Assembly (NCBI GenBank): GCA_016748015.1
Contig: JAAOMT010000126.1
Coordinates: 1 to 6,796 of the forward strand
Direction of reading: 5' to 3'
Source of the DNA: Geosiphon pyriformis uo1
Lineage: Eukaryota; Fungi; Glomeromycota
DNA: 6,796 nucleotides
A program made the position numbers and the translations under genes. This document shows, piece by piece, positions 1-6,679 of the stretch. How positions within the stretch are numbered: the first letter of the stretch is position 1; each line of letters starts with the position of its first letter. The notes beneath the pieces were generated by a model. That model saw only the letters and a list, made by a program, of their open reading frames with translations. It made no database searches and was not told the DNA's origin.

Positions 1-1
1 A

Positions 2-154
2 ATACTGCAACCAATGAAAGACCAATACATTGGCAAACTCACAGAACTGAAATTTCAACAATTTTCAGACCAGATTACTTCAATTATTTTAGATCATTAT
101 TTCAATATTACAGATAGTGCTTGGACTTTGACGGAGCTCAGTTTTGAAGAGTAG
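2..154 (+). CDS. C-terminal 50 codons of an ORF at the end of the LTR element's internal region, function unknown (ILQPMKDQYIGKLTELKFQQFSDQITSIILDHYFNITDSAWTLTELSFEE*)
   Basis: Stop-free from the window start to TAG 152-154 in AT-rich DNA; ends within the putative PPT. No recognisable domain. Confidence 0.4.
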   Translation: MLQPMKDQYIGKLTELKFQQFSDQITSIILDHYFNITDSAWTLTELSFEE

Positions 155-158
155 ATTA
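146..158 (+). other. Decayed polypurine tract (plus-strand primer site)
   Basis: GAAGAGTAGA (9/10 purines) preceded by TTTT and ending 3 nt before the TG of the LTR, the canonical PPT position. Confidence 0.6.
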
Positions 159-364
159 TGTTACCAGTAGAATTTTAGCTATTAATTAGCATAAAAATTA
201 CCCTTATAATTCCTATAATTCATTAGTATATTAATATCATTTCAAATTATCATTTATTATTTAATCAATTATCACATATCACGATTCAATTAAAATAATC
301 TAATTAGTATAACAGAAAGTAGAATGATCAAATTACACAATACCCTGAACTTTGTAATATTCAA

Positions 365-482
365 AAATTTGCCGAAATTTACAGAAATTTGCCGAAATTA
401 TGAATAGTTCACCCAAATTAATTAATAGTTTAGCGAAATAACTTGTAGTTCATTAAAATGTATCTTTAGTTCGCCGAAATTT
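365..482 (+). repeat. Degenerate tandem repeats in the U3-like region (10-bp GCCGAAATTT units, then ~21-bp units with core TAGTTCGCCGAAAT)
   Basis: GCCGAAAT at 371, 391 and 473; TAGTTY at 405, 426, 446 and 467 (spacing 21, 20, 21). Confidence 0.8.
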
Positions 483-531
483 GAGCAAAGAGAAAAAGTG
501 CAAGTTCATAGACTAGTACTACAACAAGTTG

Positions 532-539
532 TATAAAAG
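532..539 (+). promoter_or_regulatory. TATA box of the LTR promoter (TATAAAAG)
   Basis: Consensus TATA ~50 bp downstream of the repeat array, preceded by TAGTACTACAA (514-524), a motif also found before the TATA of the solo LTR. Confidence 0.55.
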
Positions 540-620
540 AAGAGCTTTTCTCTTTTGGAAAATGTATCTTACTTTAGATTTATCTCTTGAAACCATTCCT
601 ATACACACAAAAAGAAATAA

Positions 621-1574
621 ATATCAAATAATTCAAAAAAACCAAATTTTTTAATTATTGTACTTGGAAAATCACCAAAACCCAACTAATATTTCGAAAT
701 TGATTAGCTACCAATTTCAGTAAACTGTTAGTGACTTCAGGCCTGGATAGAAAACATTTCTCTTGACAAAATTCTATTTCTTTTACATTTTTTTTATTTT
801 TTTTTTCTTTTCTTATTACAATTATTAAGGTAGCCTACAGATAAGATTCTGGTAGAAGAGTTGACTTTCACAGCAAAGTAACTATATATTTTAGTGAGCT
901 TCCAGACGAGCAATTCCTGGAAAAGCATTGATGTTTACTACAATATAACTACATAAAATAACTGGCACAGAATTGGCCATTTCACTTATAAGCCCAGCAG
1001 TTCAAATTATAGGAGATAATTTGAAGATAAATTCAGTTATTAGAGGTTCAACTACTTCCTGAGAATGTGAATTCACAGCAAATCAATATTATCAACATTT
1101 AAGAAAAGAGACCAAAACCTCCGATAACAGCATTTATATATTTACACTATTAATAAATATACTTATTGGTTATATCAACTTAATTATTCACTATTAACAT
1201 TTCATGTTAATAATAACTGATATCTGATTACACTAGAACAATAGCTTTTAATTATGGTTATTGACAGAATACTAATTTGTCTTGGCTTAATTACTTTATT
1301 TTCTTTATTTTTTTTATTTTTTCTTTTATCTTGTTTTGTTATTTACTAAAATTGAATAAGGATTAAGTACTGAATGGTTGATGTCAAAAGACTGGTAAAA
1401 GACCTGGGAACAAAGATAAAAACTCATCAAATTGAGAATAACTTACCAGGAGATTACTGGTCACTATGCTGAAAAAAAAATTTGATAGAATTATGATTCT
1501 GGGAGGCTATTGAAAACAACCATTGAATCTTTGTCTATTATACAAAAGACTCAAATCTAAAACCTTTAGATTGA
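621..1574 (+). pseudogene. Putative decayed spliced gene inside the LTR (exons ~621-719, 830-1278, 1361-1574)
   Basis: Two T-rich tracts ending in AAG (829, 1360). Removing GTAAAC...AAG 720-829 and GT...AAG 1279-1360 joins three protein-like segments in frame. The last segment has 71 codons with 5 stops, all TGA. The middle segment has 15 stops in ~150 codons, which is weak support. Confidence 0.35.
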
Positions 1575-1619
1575 CAAAACCTTTAGATTGACAAAACTTT
1601 CAGATTAACAAAACCTTCA
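1559..1619 (+). repeat. 17-bp tandem repeat, ~3.6 copies (AAAACCTTTAGATTGAC)
   Basis: Copies 1559-1575 and 1576-1592 are identical; 1593-1609 is AAAACTTTCAGATTAAC; partial copy 1610-1619. Confidence 0.95.
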
Positions 1620-1712
1620 AAAATTACCAAATATTACCAATCAAATTAGTAATTGAGCACCAAGTTATGGATTTGTTATTTGATTTGTGACCCCAAATAA
1701 TCATCTGTAACA

Positions 1713-2771
1713 TTATTTACTATATATGCTCTTAGAAATAAAACTGAATTGGATTTTGTAACTAATAATAAGATGTAACACTACTAAAACCAAATAAAAA
1801 AGCTGTTTATCTAAAATAGATTTTTTCAAGACCACATTAGCAAAAAACTTGACATCTGAGTGTGTTTTTATTAAGCTAAGCTTGAACATATCCTCAAAAG
1901 ACAAAAAAATACCAAAATACTTATGAAATTTTCCCTTTTATGCAATTAATATTAACAGATTACTTATTAACAATAAGATATTCTTAACTTTCTAGTTAAT
2001 AAAAATGGCTACCATTTTTTTATTATTAATTGAAATATTATTAAGCCTAAAAAAATCACTTGTAATATCCAAAATATACTAAGTAACAGTCTAACTATTC
2101 TTTACTCAAATTGTGTTATTAACAAAAGTTTTAGCAGCCAAATATAAAGTCAACTTATTCTGGACTTCTATTCTATCAGTTTTGGCAACAAACTTAGTAT
2201 CAATGTGGTAATCACACAGGCTTTTGTGTCTCTTAACTTCACACAAAAGAGGATCATAAAAGATTCTTCAGAGCAAAAGTGAAAAAATCTCATCTGATTC
2301 AGGCTATCATATATATAATACTCATTAGTAAGCCCAAAATCTATTATAATCCAGTTTATCTTATCATTGTAAATGCTACCAAAACCTAACAAAGCATTTA
2401 CATATTTTAATTTAAACCAAACTGTTCTTAAGATGATATCAGCCAACTAAATTATATGCTTTTTGCATATTCTACAAAATTAACCAAAGTTCATAATCTT
2501 TTTTCAAAGCATCTTTAACAACCAAATCTACTACAAAAATAAAAGACTAAGTAATAGTGTCTTTTAATACAGAAAAATTATTATCATGCAGCACATCAAA
2601 TTTGCTACATGCCAACAAAATTTTATCAAAGAACAACTTAGAAAGGATCTTTTGAACAGTCTTAATTAAGGCAATTGGTCTAATATTAGTCAAAATTTTC
2701 TTCTACTTATAAGACTTAGGAATTATTAAAACCCAAGCTTTTTTTCAAAGACTAAGCACTAATTTATGTAC
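1713..2771 (-). pseudogene. LINE ORF2, reverse transcriptase domain (stops plus frameshifts at ~2383 and ~2293)
   Basis: Reading through stops gives: *KKAWVLIIPK (W..a.v..IPK), NIRPIALI (RPIAL), L*NMQKAYNLV 2451-2471 (D..KAYD), SLNQ-EIFSLLL (G..QG...SP.L), TFVNN 2115-2129 (F.DD) and KYFGI (YLG). Supplied ORFs 1713..1904 and part of 2168..2446 are fragments of this. Confidence 0.93.
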
Positions 2772-2870
2772 TGTTACAGTTTAAGAATTTAGCAAAAAGA
2801 ATTATAAAAATAATACAAACTATTCAATTATAATATAGCACAGTAATAATCTTAGAAAGGTAATGATTAA

Positions 2871-2960
2871 CATAATAGCAAACACCATCTCACAATAGTG
2901 GCAAGCACCAGTTCACAATAGCAGTCAATACTAACTGGTGATAGCAGCAAACACCAGGTT
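2871..2960 (+). repeat. Four degenerate 20-24-bp tandem units (consensus ~CACAATAGCRGCAAACACCAGTT) in the U3-like region of the solo LTR
   Basis: Units start at 2871, 2891, 2914 and 2937: cataatagcaaacaccatct / cacaatagtggcaagcaccagtt / cacaatagcagtcaatactaact / ggtgatagcagcaaacaccaggtt. Confidence 0.8.
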
Positions 2961-3004
2961 GAAATATCAAAAAGAAAGTATTTTCTCGTAGAACTACAAA
3001 CATG

Positions 3005-3012
3005 TATATATA
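3005..3012 (+). promoter_or_regulatory. TATA-like box of the solo LTR (TATATATA)
   Basis: ~45 bp after the repeat array, preceded by TAGAACTACAA (2989-2999); same arrangement as in the other LTR. Confidence 0.5.
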
Positions 3013-3072
3013 CAGTAGTTTTAATATTGGGAAAAAAACAATCAAGTAATAAAAATCATAATTTATCAAGCA

Positions 3073-3636
3073 ATAGATCCAATTTTATCCAACAAACTCC
3101 ACTTTAAATCATACTTTCAAATTAAATATTCCAAGAAACCTTTAAATCAAAAAAAAATGAAAAAGAATATTTAAAACTGAATTATCACAATCCAAAGTAT
3201 TAAGAAACTTACTTGTATTATTTATTGAATAAAACTATTATTCATTAACTGAATCTCTTGGAAGAATAATCCTTGATCAAGATTATTCATATTGTTACTA
3301 ATTGATAAAAGCTTTATTGTAAGAATTAGAAAAAGCACTAAAGACCATTAACATTCTGTGTTTCTAGATTAGAGAAACACATTAGGCAATTGCAAGAATA
3401 GCCTCAGAGAAGACCCCAAACAGTGGGTAGATTTCAGTTCAGCCTCTGAGAAGGAGTACATAAACACACACAACAATCAGGAATTGAAAAATAACTTATA
3501 TCGCAACATTAAAAAAAAAGCCTTCAGTATAACAGTAACATTATCACACAAATAGAATTGAAGAACTCATGAAAGACTGATTGCAATTAAAACAGGACAT
3601 CAGCAATTAAATATAACAAGAAAATCATTCCGTAAC
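3073..3636 (+). pseudogene. Putative decayed ORF (~188 codons) inside the solo LTR
   Basis: One frame from ATA 3073 (possible ancestral ATG) to the LTR end with 9 stops (5 TGA, 2 TAG, 2 TAA) and a 60-codon stop-free run at 3373-3552. No known domain recognised. Confidence 0.35.
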
Positions 3637-3637
3637 A

Positions 3638-5274
3638 GTACCAAACAAAAATTCAAGAGATCTAAAAGCATTACAAGAACAGAACTATTACAATGTTTCT
3701 AAAGTTTATTGATAATATCAGACAAATAAGCAGTTTTTTTATCAAGCAAATCCTTAATTACTTGTAGCAGATTATCAAAAGTAATAGTATTTATAACCTT
3801 AAAAAAGGCAGCATTATTAACATAAGCCAGCAGTAAATATTGATGACTTTATTGGTTAGAAACCCCACTTATAATCAATTTTTTTTTGTTTAATTCTTTA
3901 TTATTTTATTCACTTTAGATTTAACATTATTAGGATCCAGAATTAACTTATTATTTACTATTAGATAATTCAAAACCACTTTCTAAAAAAGATGCTTCAA
4001 CACATTTCTAATTGTGTAACTCTTGTTGACTGTGAAACTTTCCATCTGTTTATTAATAACTGACCTAATTTTTAACTCTTTAGCTTACAAAAATTCAGCA
4101 AACTTAAAGACACAATATAATTTCTTTACACTAAAAAAAGCTGAATGTATACTATCAAAATCCATACCAGAATTCAAAAAAGCCTGAACAGATGAAGTCT
4201 TATTAATGTCCAAAAAAGTTCAGTAGGTTATCAAAAACTTAAATACACTATTAACATTCTTATACAAAGGTTTAACAATTCTTGAAACCAAAATTTCTAA
4301 CTTATAAAACCTAGAAGATATCTTGATAAAAATACTGTCAAAGTTCTTACACTATTTTTTCTTGAAAATTTCATTTGCTAAAAAACATATTACTTTACAA
4401 ACTGTATTCCATATAATATTCAAATTTGAAAATCTCTTAAACACAACAAACTTACCAGAAAACATTGCTGTATTAGCTGCTATAGACTTCTTAAACTTGC
4501 ATTACTTTGCTTTATCAGCACTTTTAATGTCAAACTTTCAACAATTCTTATTCACTTGTTTGCAAAAAAAGTTTAATTGTGTATTTAATAATTCACTTAA
4601 ACTTACAAACACAAAAACAACTTAGTAATTAGTGTCAAAATGTTTATTAACATTTAAAACATCATAATATACTACTGTATTAACCAAATTTGAAAAAACA
4701 ACCACATAATTAATCATCTTTTTAGCACTTTTTGAATTTTTTTATGTAGAACTTTTTACAATCAAACTTCTTGACAAAAAATTGACCAACTTCAAATCAA
4801 GGCATTTCTTAAAACTAGCACACTTGTGCAAATTATCTTGATTGAAATTTCCACTCAAGATGACAAAAAAAGATTCATTCACAGTCTTTGCAATCAAAAA
4901 ATTGATCTTACCAACTTAAAACAAATATACAGCCAAAGTGGCATTAGTATATAGCCTCAAAATTGAACCAGATAACTTATTCTTAAAAAGCAGCTTAATA
5001 GACAAAAATCTATTAAAAACTTCCAAAATTTTGTATACATGTCTTGCCAAATCAATGTTTATAATAATTGCAACACCAGAACCCAGATAATCAGAATCCA
5101 ATTTAGAAGTAAACACATATACACTAGCAAACTTGTCAGCAATTCATAGGTGGACTTTTTCCTTCAGCTTTGTTTTAGTAACTATTGAAATCAAATTGTT
5201 CATATCTTTATGCCAACAAATAATATCCATTTGCTTAACAGAAACATTAATACTTCATATATTGGATTTGTCAT
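3638..5274 (-). pseudogene. LINE ORF2 N-terminal half: APE endonuclease (~5274-4610), linker and pre-RT region; one frameshift in the T run at ~3880
   Basis: NI*SIN (N.RG.N), VTKTKL 5165-5182 (ETK), GSGVAII (GVAI), VILSGNFN 4841-4864 (GDFN), ST* (TW), INYVVV 4697-4714 (IDY), TNY 4625-4633 (S/TDH), then DKKTAYLSDIINKL*KH (KA.G..G...E.WK). Supplied ORF 4916..5116 is a fragment. Confidence 0.92.
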
Positions 5275-5590
5275 TAAAAAAAAAAGTATTTACACTTAAA
5301 CTAAAATTGTCTAATTTGGCCATTAAGTTTATAACTGTGTTTGATAAACTGTTCAAAGTTACTTCAAGTTTCAAAACAGCCAAAGAATCAAAACTCATCA
5401 CTCTCACAATAGTCTCATCACTAGTGGTTATACTCAAATTCTTACTTATTACAACAGGCTTCTTTGGTTTTTTATAAGATGCACTATATAAGCAAACACT
5501 CTTTACTTATTTCTTTTTTACACTTGAACAGATCCTTAAACCAGCCAAGCTTGAACCAAAATTATCAACAAAAGTACTTACTGAATTCAT
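5271..5590 (-). pseudogene. LINE ORF1 remnant (~106 codons, probably internally deleted)
   Basis: ATG at 5590 after a pyrimidine-rich leader. MNSVSTFVDNFGSSLAGLRICSSVKKK*VKSVCLYSASYKKPKKPVVISKNLSITTSDET...LMAKLDNFSLSV, with a single stop (5509-5507). Ends at TAATGA, overlapping the likely ORF2 ATG (5274). No zinc knuckle or RRM present. Confidence 0.65.
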
Positions 5591-5725
5591 TATAACAAAA
5601 AAAGATAAGCTAAAAGAAATAATTAAAAGAAATACAAAAGAGAAAAGAAAAAAAAATAACTAAAACTTCAAAAAAAAATTTTTTTGCTCTTATTATAGAC
5701 AAAAGATTGACAAAAAAAAGAGTTT
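5591..5725 (-). promoter_or_regulatory. Probable LINE 5' UTR / internal promoter
   Basis: T/C-rich leader directly upstream of the ORF1 ATG; composition changes to strand-symmetric AT-rich DNA beyond ~5725. Confidence 0.45.
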
Positions 5726-5729
5726 TTCA

Positions 5730-6300
5730 TATTAAATTTAATATAAAAATTTATTTTTAAATGTTTTTTGTTTATTGTTTTGGTATATTCTTTAAAATAT
5801 TGTTATAATTAAATAATATTATATTTTAATATAAGCAAAATTATAATTTATAAGTTTTTATTATGCTTAATAATTATAAAAATTTTAATTTGAATAAAAT
5901 AATATTAAATCAAATATTTAATTTTTTTACAAATTTGAAAATATAATAATAGTAAAACACCAAAATAATTACATAAGAAGAAAATACATAAATTTAAAAC
6001 TATTAATAAGTATAACTTATTTTTTTGGTTACTTTAACAAGTAAATTTTGTTTATAAACTTAAGTCTTTATTGATGTTTTTGTATTGTATAGTTGACTAT
6101 TACAGGTTATGTTATTTAGTATAAACACTTTAAAAACATCAAATACTTTAAAATATAAAGGCTTTATAAATAAAAATATAATAATAATAAAAAATACATT
6201 ATTAAATAATCTATAATAAAATCTATAAACTAATGCATTTTTTTAAAAAATGGTTTAGAAATTTATTTTGTAGTTAAATTTTTTCTGTAAACATTTTAAA
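5730..6300. other. Extremely AT-rich low-complexity region, possibly an old decayed repeat
   Basis: Visibly the lowest GC in the window, no CpG seen, no ORF. Confidence 0.6.
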
Positions 6301-6664
6301 TAGAAACCAATAGTAAATAGAGTGAATTTTCAGCATTTAGACCAGTATTTACTAAAAGATTTTTAATACAAAATGCACTTTCAATGGAAACAACGGGTTT
6401 TTAATTAAAAAAACACTCTAAACCAACAAACGTTTTTTTTTGCTTTTTTTTGGGAAAAAAACGCGTTCTGAAATGCCAAAGAATATTGTGGGAAGAACAG
6501 AGTTATAAGGCAAATGGCACTCTTATATAAAAAAGGGAAAGCCTGGGAGCCTCTTAAATAACTTTAAGAGTCACTCTTAAAATAAAGTAATTTAAAATTG
6601 TTTCCTAATTGATGATTTATTATATAGTATCATGTGGTTTATTATTTTATTAATAAAATAACAA

Positions 6665-6679
6665 CCCCCCCCCCCCCCC
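6665..6679 (+). repeat. Poly(C)15 homopolymer
   Basis: 15 consecutive C. Confidence 0.95.

Larger units (their letters stand above)
1..1712 (+). mobile_element. 3' end of an LTR retrotransposon (probably Ty3/Gypsy-like), truncated by the left window edge and inserted into the LINE
   Basis: Order on +: open frame 2-154, purine-rich tract 146-155, TGTTAC at 159, ...GTAACA ending at 1712. LINE RT coding similarity stops abruptly at 1713. No pol domains are in the window, so the superfamily is inferred. Confidence 0.75.
159..1712 (+). repeat. Long terminal repeat (3' LTR, 1554 bp)
   Basis: Perfect 6-bp terminal inverted repeat TGTTAC/GTAACA. Both ends resemble the solo LTR at 2772-3637. The flanks ATTA and TTAT are not a TSD and a PPT precedes it, as expected for a 3' LTR. 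Confidence 0.75.
2772..3637 (+). mobile_element. Solo LTR, 866 bp, nested in LINE ORF2
   Basis: Starts TGTTACAG and ends CCGTAACA (TG..CA, 7/8 inverted repeat). Flanked by direct repeat GTAC at 2768-2771 and 3638-3641. Deleting it plus one GTAC gives the continuous - strand frame LLNFCLV-HKLVLSL*KKAW. Orientation is inferred from the repeat/TATA order and similarity to the PPT-oriented LTR. Confidence 0.9.
1713..5725 (-). mobile_element. Degenerate APE-type non-LTR retrotransposon (LINE), interrupted by a solo LTR and cut at 1713 by a second LTR element
   Basis: Colinear 5' UTR, ORF1 remnant, APE endonuclease, linker and RT motifs on the - strand. The 5' boundary is approximate. The 3' part is absent from the window. 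Confidence 0.92.

Noticed and set aside
159-1712. Solo LTR interpretation of the long LTR
   Set aside because: Flanks ATTA and TTAT do not form a TSD, a PPT precedes it, and 1-158 does not continue the LINE RT.
2168-2446. 92-aa ORF as an independent gene
   Set aside because: Only the middle (FGSIYND...SLNQ) is in the true RT frame, between two frameshifts; the rest is out-of-frame RT.
1713-2771. Bacterial RT system (retron, DGR, group II intron)
   Set aside because: An upstream APE endonuclease, ORF1 and IPK/RPIAL motifs indicate a eukaryotic non-LTR retrotransposon.
365-2960. CRISPR-like reading of the short arrays at 365-482, 1559-1619 and 2871-2960
   Set aside because: Head-to-tail degenerate tandem units without unique spacers, no cas genes, eukaryotic TE context.
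159-3637. The two LTRs as paired ends of one element enclosing an RT
   Set aside because: They differ in length and interior, the right one has its own TSD, and the enclosed RT is LINE-type and continues beyond it.
4323-4625. 100-aa + strand ORF from the track
   Set aside because: Antisense shadow of LINE ORF2; non-ATG start and no motif.
1713-5274. Intact ORF2 under an alternative genetic code or stop read-through
   Set aside because: All three stop types occur, there are frameshifts, and the catalytic Asp/Glu residues are lost.
5133-5477. 114-aa + strand ORF from the track
   Set aside because: Antisense shadow of the ORF1/APE region; non-ATG start.
6431-6463. CGTTTTTTT...AAAAAAACG hairpin as a terminator
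   Set aside because: Mostly homopolymer pairing, no upstream gene, eukaryotic context.
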